A stretch of DNA of 64,000 nt from Okamejei kenojei (Eukaryota). The DNA is taken from contig CM069155.1 in assembly GCA_035221665.1 (NCBI GenBank), positions 30,504,001 to 30,568,000 on the forward strand, in the 5' to 3' direction. This document shows, one piece after another, positions 51,728 to 64,000 of this stretch (its first letter is position 1; the number at the start of each line of letters is the position of its first letter). The notes beneath the pieces are model-generated. The model was not told the DNA's origin. It worked only from the letters and a program-made list of their open reading frames with translations, and made no database searches. The position numbers and the translations under genes were made by a program.

Positions 51728-52700
51728 CAGGGCCGGATTTAGGTGAAGAGAGGCCCTAGGCTATTCCACTTGTGAGGCCCCTCCCAATGCCCCACCCCCA
51801 CGACGAGAGGAAGATGGACGAGTCGACCAGTTTGACACCGATGTGCAGCCGAGCGTGGCCAATGAGATAAGGGCTGGAAAGCTGCGCTTTTTATTTATTG
51901 CCAGTGCTAGTGTCGAGTTATCGGCTTAAAACACTATTATTCTGAAATGGAGGGCAAGGAAAATTACTGAAGTGTTGTTTAGAGACTACAGCGCGTTGTG
52001 ACAGCATATATAAGAAAGGCCAATGACAGTGTCAAAAATATTATAGACCAGATCCATATGAAGCTTTTCAATAAGGGGGGTGGCATGGCAGGATGACAAA
52101 AATGTTGTGTTAAATAAGTGCACGCAGCGCATATCACAAGCGCGAAGCTCAAAGACACTTGCGGCCGGGGGGCAGGGCCCACTTAATTGCCCTGGAAGCT
52201 CTGGGGTTTCAGATGCTCTCTGGAGCATTCCGAGTCTTGTTTTGGAGCATTTTTGCACCAAATTTATGACCAATATTTCAGAAATAATTTTGGTTAAGTA
52301 ATGGTTGGAATGGGATGATTGGGATCATTGTTGTATACATTTAAAAACAATCAAGAATTGAAGCTGTCCTTGTTATAATAATAAAGGTGTACTGTAAAAT
52401 GTTATGTAAAATGTTATAAAGAAGCATGCAAACACTCAAACAAAATACTGTACGTTTTTGCAGTAAATAAAACATTTTTTCAGAAAATGTTTTGTGTGTT
52501 CATTTGATTGCCTGTTACCGTTCGACTGTGTTAGTGTGTGCACATTAAAAATACGATGCAAAACGAAAGTCGTAAACTATGGAATTCATATTTTTCAGGT
52601 ATTGTTATCAAGGAAAAGAAACCGGTTTCAATTGTTTGATATTATTCATATGGAGGAGAAAATATAATTGTTCTAAAACCCACCTTAAATTTGGAATCTC
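51728..52700. mobile_element. Possible hAT-like non-autonomous DNA transposon fragment (one end only)
   Basis: Begins CAGGGCCGGATTT, resembling hAT-type termini; no matching inverted end found, so the right boundary is approximate. Confidence 0.3.
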
Positions 52701-52714
52701 ACTGAAGATAATCC

Positions 52715-52957
52715 CCCATTCCTTCTCCCCCTCCTCCTTCCCCCCACTCTCTCACCCTCCCCTCCCTCTCTCTCCCCCATCTGCCACAATCCCATCTTTC
52801 CCCCCTCTCACAAACCCCCCCCCTCTCTCCCTCCCTCCCCTCTATCTCCCTCCCCATCTCTCTCTCCCGCTCCCCCATTCCATCTCTCTCTCTCCCCCTC
52901 TCTCTCCTCCCCCTTTCTCTCTTTCCGCTCCCCCTCGCTCTCCCCCTCCCCCCTCCT
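52715..52957. repeat. Polypyrimidine (CT-rich) low-complexity tract
   Basis: About 240 nt almost entirely C and T. Confidence 0.9.
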
Positions 52958-54180
52958 CAAAGTCTGCAATTTATCCAATCAGATAGAACATAACAAAACG
53001 TTTCATTTCACACTTAATTCACTTTCATGTCTTCAGTATTAAAATGTTATGGCCATTTTCATACTCAGAAATTAGCATCTTGTTCCCTATTGCTTTTCCA
53101 TTGACTTAACACAAAAGCTGAGATCGAGGACAGTCAAAAGCCCATAATATTCTTAAAAATTAAGAGAACTGAATGAAATTTTGAGTTATTATAGATTGAA
53201 GCATTCTGAAACAAATATAAAACATCTTACTTGGATGACCTGAAATTAAAGCATATAATTAGTTTGTCACCTAATTGTAGCTAATTACAAAATTGACCGT
53301 TGTGACGGAAATAGTAATAAACACCCAGACTGCCTTGAAAATTCAAAAGAATTTTCTCAAGATCAGAACTTTAATATTATTGTATTATATGCTGTAAATC
53401 CGTAACATATAGGTAAATACATTACAATTTCTATCAATAGACCAAGTCTTTATGGAGAAGATCAGTTGCTAGCTGGTACATTGGCATATCATAATCAGTA
53501 GCATCATCATACTCCTCAGATTGTAACCAAGAAGCAACTCTGTACACCTTGTTTTTTCTCAACTTTCCAATTTTGGCATTGTAAACTGCAAGTTTTTGCA
53601 CTTGAAACCACGCATGACATTCTTTCCTTCCCACTACTTTCCCATTAAGAATGTCCTGTAGATTCAATTTCTTAAGAAAAGTATTTATTTTTTTATTAGG
53701 CTAAGTATCCAAATATCAAACTTCTCCCATTCACACAAGAAGTCACAATATAACATGATTTTTAAATCTCACTGTCATTAATTTATATGCCAGATGGAAG
53801 GAATTTAATGTTTAATTCCCATAAATTAATCTAGAAACATCCACTCAATATAATCAAAATTATTATTTTTTGCACGATACATGGGACTAAAACAGATATT
53901 TAGCATAAATATATTGACTATGGATAGACATTTACGCAAAATATAGACATTTTAGATGCTCTTATGACATGATTGACCAAAAAAAAGAGCATTTAAATCA
54001 TCTTGCGAGTGGGTTTTTCTGGAATGCGATCGATTGGTACGTTGCATTTGCGGTGAATTTGAACCACACATCGGCAGTAAAAACACTGCCGGTTCGTATT
54101 GGGCCCAAATCATATTTTCGCAATGTAACATTAGATTAAGGCCATCCAAAGAAGCAAGTTTTTATGTAAAATAGACGACT
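52958..54180. mobile_element. Partial copy of the 34356-35340 DNA transposon family with extra internal sequence
   Basis: aagtctgcaatttatcc...ctaattacaaaatt matches 34390-34725; the right part matches about 34750-35035; internal 77-aa ORF at 53434-53667 (-). Confidence 0.65.
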
Positions 54181-54409
54181 TACCCATTGTTTTTGCCATC
54201 ATCTTTACCATGAAACTATCATATGATCACAAACCCCATGAATCACTGATATGCTTCAGAAAATACAATTTGAAACACATTTGGGATCCTTAGCACCTGA
54301 AAATGTCTCAGTTATTCACAAGCACCTCGGCTGATTCAATAGCAACCTCTACTTGGAGTTCGAGTTTAGTTTATTGTCACATTCTAACTAGTCAGTGGCG
54401 GGGGAGGGA

Positions 54410-57400
54410 TTGACAAATTGGGAGAATAAAGATAGAGTTAAATAGGAAGTGAGCACAGGAAAAGTTACAAAACACTCCCGAATTAATGGGAAGGAATGTT
54501 CGACAAGGGTAAGATAGTAAGGTCAGGGTAAATAGTGACCGGAGTAAGAGGGGAGGTGAATACCGAAGTCAAAGTGTTGTATTGCACGAAGTATAAGAAA
54601 TTAAGTGGATGAGCTTGAGCCAGAAATTGGTGAGAATGATGTGAGAATTACAGAGACATGGCTGCAAGAGGACCAGGGCTGGGAACTGAATATTCAATGG
54701 TATACGTCCTATCAAAAAAACAGGCAGGTGGCAGAGGGAGTGGGGTAGCTCTGTGGGTGAGGAATTAAATTCAGTCCCTTGCGAGGGGTGACATAGAATC
54801 AGGAGATGTAGAGTCAGTATGGATGGAACTGAGAAATACTAAGGGTAAAAAGACCTGAATGGGTGTTATCTACAGGCCCCCAAGCAGTAGCCTGGATATA
54901 GGGTGCAAGTTGAATCAAGAGTTAAAATTGGCATGTCGTAAAGGTTGTTATTTCAACATGCAGGTGTACTGGGAAAATCAGGTTGGTTCTGAACCCCAAG
55001 AAAGGGAGTTTGTAGAGTGCCTCCGTGATGGATTCTCAGAGCAGCTTGTAATGGAGCCTACCAGGGAGAAGGCAATTTTGGATTTAGTGTTGTGTAATGA
55101 ACCGGATTTGATAAGGGGAACGAGGTAAAGAAGCCATTAGGAGGTAGTGACCATAATATAATTCTAAATCTAAACTTTGAGAGGGTGAAGTGTAAATTGG
55201 AGGTGTCAATGTTACAATTGAACAAAGGGGAATATGGAGCTATGAAGGAGGAGCTGGACAAGTTCACTGGAAAGATACCCTAGCAGGGATGAGAGTGGAA
55301 CAACAATGGCAGGTATTTCTGGGAATAATACAGAAGCTGCAGGATCAGTTCATTCCAAAGAGGATGAAAGATTCCAAGGGGAGTAATGGGCGACCACGGC
55401 TAGCAATGGAAGTCAGAGACAGTATAAAATAAAATAAAATAAAAGTACAACATAGCGAAGATGAGCGGGAAGCCAGAGGATTGGGTAACTTTTAAAGAGG
55501 AACTAACTAAAAAGGCAATACGTTGAGTAAATATGAGGTACGAAGATAAGCTAGCCAGGAATATAAAGGAGGATAGTAAAAGCTTCTTTAAATATGTGAA
55601 GAGGAAAAAAAATAGTTAAGACCATTTTGGGGAACATGGAAATGGCAGACGAGTTGAACAGGTACTTTGGATCCATCTTCACTAATGTAGATTGACCCTT
55701 ATTAATAGATTAAATGAGAACTTACCAGTTTGAGGTTTGATCTTTATTTTATGAAGAGTTACGATGAGGGATTATGTGAAGACCCCGCCTGCACGCATGC
55801 GCGACATTCTTCAAAGCAGTGGTGTGAAATCACAGATACCAGAGTGACTAATATAGTAAGATAAGAGAGAACCTCCATACCAGTTGATCTTTATAATAGA
55901 GGGTTTTGGGAGTGGAGGGCACGTAATCCCTCATCGTAACTCCTCATAAAATAAAGATCAAACCTCAAAACTGGTATGTTAAGTTCTCATTTAATCTTAC
56001 TATTTACTTCGGAGTCACGTGAGTGACTACTGAAGATTTCAAAGCTCTGTGATTTCATGCCCTGGAACGAGTCCATGCTTACACCCTGCCATGCTAGGAA
56101 AATGAGGATGAACGTAATCCAGTCATGACACCGTTGCTGAAAAACAAAGAAAGTATTTAATTCATACCTAAACAGTATGCCCCACACATTGGGTAATTTA
56201 TTTTACAGAACTCAAAATTTTCCCTGCAAACGTGTCAGAACGGCGACGGGTTTTTATTATAAAAGTGTTGAAAAGTTTGTTCATTGCTCCAAACCCGCTG
56301 TGGCAAGGATGTGGTCCAAAGGAACTCCCATCATCCTAGCCGCCAATGTAGATGCCGCCCTGGGTGGAGATGAGATTTGAAAACATTAGTATCCACCCCC
56401 CGCTGGCATCAATTACCACCCTTAACCATCTGGATATGGTTGCACTGTGACCCTATGGTGATGGCGTTTATGGTTTATGAGTGAAGCTCTCTCCGTGCCC
56501 TAAGAGTCTTGGTGACTTCTATGTATTGTAAAATATGTGTCACAATGCAGAGCCGACTACCTGCGGGATAGGCCAGAAACTCTAATTTTTCCGGCCAGAG
56601 GAACCAGGTCGTTCGTGTTTGAGTAACCCCTAGTATAGAAAAGTTATCTGCCACTTTGTGAAATACATGGCGTCCATATTTAGCTTGTGTAAGGACTGGA
56701 CCCGTTGTGCTGTTACAAGTGCCATTATCATTACCATCTTGTATGTTAGTTTGGTCCAGAGTGAGCCCCGATATGGGTGTCCATCCTCGTAACATTAGTT
56801 AATACTATGCCTATGTCCCATATATGGGTGTATCTGGGCCTGGGGGGATTGGAGTTAATTATTATGTTAAATATTACCCTCATAAGTTAGATACTAGCGG
56901 GTGTGATCCTATAGCCAGGTGATCACTCCCTCTGCCCAGATAATTAGAAAGGGCACTTCTTGCACAATTAATGGCACTGTAACTCAATCCTTCATCGAAA
57001 ATGAAGGGTGGCCAGAAACTCCAGCACTTCAGTGAGGTGGCTGCTGAGTCATATGTGTAGTGGTTTGTCCTGGTGCAGAACTCTCTATTCCCATTTCCTA
57101 TCATATGTCAGGTACTGTTTCCTCGTGGACTCCCTGCACGATGCTGAGATGGCATGATGTCCTATCAGAGAGTCCGTTTTTTATACCCAGGAATGGCCTG
57201 TCAGAATCTGCAAATCAACAAGTTTGTGCGGTCATGGCACGGGATGACTTTCCCAGTCTCGGGGTTGTGTTTGTACCAACAAACTCGGCTCGGTTGTTTG
57301 TTGATCCGGATGCAGGTTCTGAGGCCATCTTTTGTACTGCTGGGAACCATGGTTTGGGTAGGCAGTCGGGAACAACCAAAATACCCGTTGCGGAGTCTTG

Positions 57401-60400
57401 TTGAATTTTTTTGTAAGACCCGACTGATGAGGGCAGAAGGGGGGGAAGTACATAGCAAAACAAATCCCCCCAATACAGTGAGAAAGCCGTCCATCGCTGC
57501 TGCCCCTGGATCTGGTTCCCAAGCAACCTATGTTGGAAGTTGGTGATTAAGTCTGGATGCAAAAAAGGTCGATATCTGGTGGTCCCATACCGTTCTATAA
57601 TATCTGTAAACACTTTCCGATCCAACATCCATTCAATGTTGTCGTTGAATTTGTACGTGATCTGGTGTCTGCACACGGTATTTAGCTTACCTGGAAGGTA
57701 AGTGGCTGAAATCCAAATCTCTCTTTCCAGACAATCAGTTCCAGATATTATTAGCCAATTCATCACATGATATCGACTTTAATTCCTTCCCATATGAATT
57801 AATATAGGCCACCACTTTTGGTATTATCAATTTGTAACCGTACATGCAACTGGCGCATATCTAAGCAGTAGGCCCCTCAGTCCATAAAATGCTCCCAGCA
57901 TTTCTAAATAATTAATCCCTACTGCTTCAAACAGGGTTAATTTTCTTGTGTACTCCATCTGCCACCACAACTTGTGATGGTATTAGTTGCTCCCCAACCT
58001 TTAGCACTGGCATCAGTTTAGTAATGTAACCGAGGGTTCATGATAGTGATGGGGTTAGAACAATGCTGAGCATTTTCTATCCACCATTTTAATTCTGATT
58101 TTGCTTTTCCTGGTAGTTTCATAGGCCTATCGAAATTGGCCTGCATGATTTTTGAGAGCTGAAATTTTTGCTCTTTGCAGATTTTGATAATGGAGAGGTC
58201 CAAATTGTGCTGCTGGGAACCAGCCACTAATTTCACCAATCACTCTGGCTACTTGCCGAATAGATGGTTCCCTGATGCCAGTGAGGCTTTTTGCATGCTA
58301 CCACCAAGACTGTTACTTTGTGTAATGGCAAGGTGATAGACATTCGAACAGAGTCCAATAGTGAAGCCCAAATAATCCATTATAGTGGAGGGTTCCAAAT
58401 TTTGATTTATCTGGATGTATGATAAATCCCAGCTTTGAAAAAGATGTTTTGTGGCTGAACCGACTGCCAATGTATCCATTTCCAAATTCTCACCTACAAT
58501 GAGAATACATCAAGGTAAGCCATGCATGATATGGTTATGTTCCCTTAATGTATGCTAAAGCTGGTTTTAATAATTTAGTCAAACAGCTGAGGTGCGCTGA
58601 CCCCCACCGACCCCCCACCCGCCCCCCCCCCCAAATCCCCCCCCCCCTCTCCCCCCAGTCAATTAGTTATAACCATTGGGTAAGGCCTTATACTGCCATA
58701 GCTGTCCCATCCAGACAAATTTCAGGTTATTTACGATGATCCTTGTGTATTGGTACTGAATAGTACGCATCTTTAAGATCTCCGATGCAAACCATGTAGT
58801 ACCTATCAGACATAATCAGCTGTGTGGCTGTGACAAACGTGTCCCATTTTTCAAATGGGTATACCTTGTAGAAGTGGAATTATTTAGTTCGGTCACAAAT
58901 CTATAATGATGCGGCAACCGCCATCTTTTTTCTTTTTTGTAAATCTATTAGATACAAACTCTTGAGATTCTCTGTCTTCTCAATTACCCCTTTATTGTTT
59001 TAATCTCAACAGGTCAGCATGGCTCTTGTTTCTCTTTTTGTGAAAGTATATGAACTTCGGCTAGGCATGTGGCTGAAATGGGATGGGAGTTTGTTCACAC
59101 ATTCAAGTTTGTAACCCTGAATACTTCCGGAGTATGTAAGTATCAGATGTAAAAGTATGCTCCACACGTGGGATGAAAAAACAAGTGCAAACCGTCCACC
59201 AGTTTTTGATGAACCTAAACATGCAATGCTTTTGGGGAGGGCAACCAGACCCACCTACCTCCATGGTTACCGCCGGTGTTGTGTGGGTTGGTCTCTGCCC
59301 TTGTTTCTTCTTCTGATGTTGTGTTGCTTCTCGTTGTGGGGGTGGCGCATTTTCCAAGAAGGCCGGGGGTGGGCCATGGAAGGCCTAAAAAAAGACCGCT
59401 GTGCAGGTGGACGGCCCATCGAGCTTTCACCGCCAGGTGTTCTTTCATTGTATCGATGTCTGGTGGTTGTGGTAGGGGTGCTGCCGCTGTTGATAGTGAG
59501 ATTTAGAGGTGTTTGGCACCTTGATCAGGCTATCTTTGGCCTCTTCATCTAATTCTTTCACCTGCTTCGAAAGGTTGTCCCCAAACAGCAAATTTGGCGG
59601 CTGAGCACTACTGGTCCTTCATAATCCGCAAATTTGGGATTAAGTGCTGGTTTAATGATGCTCTTCCTATAGATTGTTTGATTTCAAACTGGGTATTACA
59701 CAGTAATACTAGAGCATCTTGTAGCTCTTCTGGCAACTCCCGGCCCATCAGCTGTTCTGGTCACTGCTGTGATCCTCTGCAGCCAGCAGTTTGAGGATCC
59801 ACTGTAAGCTTCCCACTCCTGGATCTTATAGATGGGCTCATGTTGCCCCAGATGGGGTTGTTGACTGCTGGAACATTAAGAGAATTGCAATTCTCTGGAG
59901 CAAGGTATTTTTCTCAGCCGTGGAGTTTAATTGGCTTGCTCCTGCAGCTGGTTTGTAGCCATGTAATTTATGCGGCTGCCAAAAGCTTTGGATGTATGGG
60001 CAGTCCTTTCTGTGTTGGCATAGCATGTTTTGTTTGCCACGCCCAGTAGTTCTTCTGGCACCCCATGACACAGATGACTGTTCAGCCATTTGCCCCTTCT
60101 TCAGGGTCAGCCCAGCTCTGACCCCTAATGCTCCCCTGCTGAAGAGGGTGAGGCATTTGCAGTCCATGCAAGGATGCTGCCGTGGGTCTGCGAGTGAGAC
60201 CCACTGTGACTCTGCCCTGCATAAAGCAAGGTCACGCTGGAGCAACTGCTCCACCATCCGCTCCAAGCGGGAAAGGACGCCCACCGTCGCTATCCGCGAA
60301 CGGGCGTGTCTTCACAGGTCCGGACCCAGCTGAGTCAACGGCCCTGTCCACTTCCGGGTGGCTTTGCCGCCGGGCCGCGGTGTACCTTCGGACTGTAGCG

Positions 60401-61925
60401 GCGGGAAGTAAGTCGGGAACTGCTGGTAGCACCTGCAGCTCTGGAGAAACGGCACGCTGCTGGCTGCTTTCCATAGCAGCTGTTTTTGCCGCTCCTTCTC
60501 CTGGACTGCCGCGACTCCATGGTGTTTCCTGAAACACAAAACACGTGCAGTCGCCACGCCACCAGAATGGTAAGACTTACCTCAAGTTTTTTAAACCTAC
60601 ACTGGAGGAGCGACGCTCCTCCCGACTGTCGCTTCCGCAATGCGTTCGACGATATGTCGCGCATGCGTGCAGGCGGGGTCTTCACGTAGTCACTCACGTG
60701 ACTCCGAAGTAAAATTCATGTAGTGGATCATTCACAAAACAACTAAGGAGGACACAAACAATCTCCCTGATGTACTAGTGGCCAGAGGATCTAGGCTGAC
60801 GGAGGAACTGAAGGAAATTCACATTAGGCAGGAAATGGTGTTGATGGGACTGAAGGCTGATAAATCCCCTGGGCCCGGTGATCTGCATCCCAGGGTACTT
60901 AGGGAAGTGGCTCTAGAAATCGTGAATGCATTGATGATCATTTTCCAATGTTCTATAGATCAGGATCAGTTCCTGTGGATTGGAGGGTAGCTAATGTTAT
61001 CCCAGGCGGGAGAGAGAAAACGGGGAATTATAGACCAGTTGCCTGACATCAGGGGTGGGGAAGATGCTGGAGTCAATTATAAAAGATGAAACAGTGGCAC
61101 ACTTGGATAGCAGTAGCAGGATCGGTCAGCATGGATTTACGAAGGGGAAATTATGCCTGACTAATCTTCTGTAATTTATTGAGGGTGTAACTGAGAAAAT
61201 GGTCAAGGGAGATCCAGTGGATGTAGTGTTCCTGGACTTTCAGAAAGCATTTGATAAGGTCCCACATAGGAGGTTAGTGGGCAAAATTAGAGCACATGGT
61301 ATTGGGGGAAGGGTGCTGACATGAATAGAAAATTGGTTGGCAGGCAGGAAATAAAGAGTAGGGATTAACGGGTCCCTTTCAGAATAGTCGGCAGTAACTA
61401 GTGGGGTACTGCAAGGCTCAGTGCTTGGACTGCAGCTACAGTATTTACAATATATATTAATGATTTAGATGAAGGGATTGAAAGTAACATTAGCAAAGTT
61501 TCAGAAGACACAAAGCTGGGTGGCAGTGTGAACTGTGAGGAGTATGCTAAGAGGATGCAGGGTGACTTGGACAGGTTGGATGAGTGGGCAGATGGATGGC
61601 AGATGCAGTTTAATGTGGATAAATGTGAGGGTATCCACTTTGGTGGCAAAACAGGAAGGCAGATTATTATCTAAATTGTGTCAAGGGAAAAGGCGATGTA
61701 CAATGGGATCTGGGGTTTTTGTTCGTCACTCACTGAAAGTAAGCATGCAGGTACAGCAGGCAGTGAGGAAAGCGAATGGCATGTTGGCCTTCATAACAAG
61801 AGGAGTTTAGTATAGGAACAAATAGGTTCTTCTGCAGTTGCACAGAGCCCTGGTGAGACCACACCTGGAGTATTGTGTGAAGTTTTGGTCTCCAAAATTG
61901 AGGAAGGACATTCTTGCTATTGATG
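54410..61925 (+). mobile_element. CR1-like LINE split by the DIRS insertion (54410-55703 and 60716-61925)
   Basis: GVIYRPPSS...ILDLVLCNEP on the left; KADKSPGPGDLHPRVLRE...DFQKAFDKVP on the right; paralogous to 37700-39900. Confidence 0.85.
55704..60715 (-). mobile_element. DIRS1-type tyrosine-recombinase retrotransposon, full length (about 5.0 kb), ORFs frameshifted
   Basis: RT DLKDAYYSVPIHKDHRK (about 58730-58780) and AYLD (about 58510-58520); RNase H TDASAKGWGA (about 57988-58017); methyltransferase-like AFSLYWGDLFCY..PP / KIQQDSATGILVVPD; recombinase GLSYSAINCARSALS and FKSH..RAAS...ILATAG(W)SNEQTFQHFYNK (about 56250-56390); ITR 60654-60685 inverted vs 55776-55807; internal complementary region 55920-56036. 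Confidence 0.92.
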
Positions 61926-64000
61926 GAGTGCAGTGTGGTAGTTGACGACTGTGTTTCCTCACTTGTGGTTACATTCCCAAAATTTAGAAATAGCTGGAAA
62001 CAACTTTGGACACCCCAAAGGGAATGTGATCCACGTTGGCGCATGTTCATTCCTTTGATTGGTATATGTCTTTGGTATATGCATTGGTGTATGTTTTGAT
62101 ACCAAATATATACACAAATTCATAGGGGTCAGAAGGTATGGGGGGAGAGCAGAATGGAGAGAGAGAGAATTTCGTGGATTTAGGGGAGAGATATAGATCA
62201 GCCACGGTTGAATGGTCGAGTATACTTGATGGGCCGAATAGACAATAGCCAAAAGGTGCAGGAGTAGGCCATTCGGCCCTTCGAGCGAGCACCACCATTC
62301 AATGTGATCATGGCTGATAATCCCCAATCAGTACCCAGTTATTGCCTTCTCCCCACATCCCCTAATCCCGCTATGTTTAAGAGCCCTATCTAGCTCACTC
62401 GTGAAAGCATCCAGAGAACCTGTCTCCATAAATAAATGTCAGTACTTCCACATTAACGGGAGGTCCCATATAAGGACATCCGGATGACTTCTTGATATTT
62501 TCTTGCTGTGATTCCAGATTTGACAACGACATGGATGGGAGTGTTCGCAGGTCCGAGAACAATCCAATCCATCCCGTTCTCCTGCTTATTTCCTCGTAAC
62601 CTATTCGTTCACAATGCCAATCAAAGCTCCTACATTAACTGACATTTACAGTGGCCAATTAGCCCAACAAACTGCACGACCCTGGGGTTTGATGAGAAAT
62701 TGCAGCTCACTGGGGGTCGGGGGGGGGTGGGGGGTGGGGGGAGGGGTGGGGGGGGGGGGGGGGGTTGGGGGGGGGGGGGGGGGGGGGGGGGGGTTGGGAG
62801 TAGGGAGGGGGGGGGGGTTGGGAGATGGGCGGGGCGTCACTGGGAGACGGATAAAATACCGCAAAGATTGCATCGCAGCTCAGGGTTCAACCCAGCTCGC
62901 TGGAGATCCGAGCCAAATGGTCTACCTGCAGCGCCACCGCAGTCCACACCAGGGTATTCCCATCGGTGGAGTGAGGGCTGACTGAGATTACTTTAGGTTA
63001 CTATTTAATCTCCTGCAGGACCTATGGGCTCATTCATTTGAAAGAAGGTTCTGGGGCCCAAACTGAAGACTAACAACATTTTTATTTATTAAAATTATCT
63101 GATGTTTCATCTTTTATATTTCATATTTTATATTTTATTCATATTTTAATTGTGTTTATTTGCTTTCTTTTGAATGAAATTCACTTAAATCTATTTCTGT
63201 ACCTTTAATGGCTTCTGAATGTCATAAAGGTTTAGAGACATTGAAAGAACCCCAATAGCTTGACAAACATCAGAACTAGGAGACGACTTTCCCATTTTGT
63301 TAAGAGCTTTCAGGCGCTTTCGTGGACCATCACATCGCTCGCATCATATTATTCAAGGATCAGCTTCTATCAAGCTCGTTCCGGGGACAGTTTTGGCCGT
63401 TCATAATGCCCTTCCAAGTCCATTAAGCCGACGTTCCGTGAATGTTGAATGCGGGTGGCATACAAGGGACCCGACTCGGGAATCCTGGGACCACAGACGA
63501 TTTCTTAATTCTCCACGGTCAAATACGCATACTATTATTTTGCTCACTCACTGAATCCGTTTGTTCCTTGTTTTTACTCAGTTTATTCCCCATCGTACCG
63601 TTTTACGATCTGCGCCTCTCCTGACTGGAAGGGAACTCCGCTTAACCAGCTAATGAGCAAACCCTGGATTATTGCATCCCGCCCCCTGCTTCCGATCTAA
63701 CTGTGCGCCCATAGGTCATTCAATTTGATTGAGCGGCACCATCTCACCCATTGTGGAATCGTTTTTTTCCGTCATAGTGACTATTATCGTCATAGTGACA
63801 TAGTGACATATCTTATCGCCATAGTGACATCTCAATGCTGAATCCTGTTATTAATCTCCTTTCCAGTGCAAATTGTCTCATTTATCCCTTCCTTTCGAAT
63901 GTACGCTATCCCAGTTAGATAAAATGTGCGGGGAGGAACTGCAGATGCTTGTTTAAACCGAAGATAGACACAAAAAGCTGGAGTAACTCAGCGAGACAGG

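Larger units (their letters stand above)
54365..64000. repeat. Segmental duplication B, copy 2 (interrupted by the DIRS element)
   Basis: Collinear with 37570-42960 apart from copy-specific insertions. Confidence 0.9.

Noticed and set aside
56013-56022. The DIRS termini contain GTCACGTGA, the same E-box as in the IgL promoters
   Set aside because: It is a short motif that is part of the element's own terminal/ICR sequence, about 8 kb from the nearest promoter, with no octamer or CRE context.
58590-58660. C-rich insert within the DIRS reverse transcriptase
   Set aside because: It is low-complexity sequence splitting the expected LPNG...LFTKLLKP motif in an indel-noisy region, and is most likely a base-calling or consensus artefact.
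1-64000. CRISPR arrays, rRNA, prokaryotic operons, heavy-chain or TCR segments, unrearranged V/J with RSS
   Set aside because: None were seen. The sequence is vertebrate, the only recognisable host genes are the three IgL clusters, and most short ORFs in the track are TE fragments or chance.

Overview
This is vertebrate genomic DNA, most likely from a cartilaginous fish (skate/ray-like; inferred from the Ig sequence type and repeat content). It has a 500-N scaffold gap at 20823-21322. The window contains three tandem, same-orientation (minus-strand) immunoglobulin light-chain mini-clusters of the chondrichthyan lambda (type II) kind. Each is built as promoter - leader exon - germline-joined VJ exon - C exon, with no recombination signal sequences between V and J. 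Cluster 1 (8861-11799) is intact. Cluster 2 (23943-27289) has a single +1 homopolymer frameshift in J. Cluster 3 (44311-47479) has an intact L/VJ but a C exon with about 7 small indels that look like long-read consensus errors. All three promoters share an invariant 48-bp architecture, CAACGTCAC-N6-TTAATTATTCATGCAAAT-N7-CACGTGAC. Two segmental duplications (1-4570 vs 16089-20822, and 37570-42960 vs 54365-64000) indicate cluster-sized duplication units and predict further clusters inside the gap and just beyond the right edge. The rest is transposon-rich: L1/Tx1-, Rex1- and CR1-like LINEs, tRNA-derived SINEs, MITEs, Penelope-like remnants with minimal hammerhead-like cores, and a structurally complete DIRS1-type tyrosine-recombinase retrotransposon (55704-60715) whose empty target site is visible in the paralogous block. 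Nothing here is clearly a wholly new system. The best leads are the promoter grammar, the loop-length diversity of the pre-joined genes, and the filled/empty DIRS site pair.
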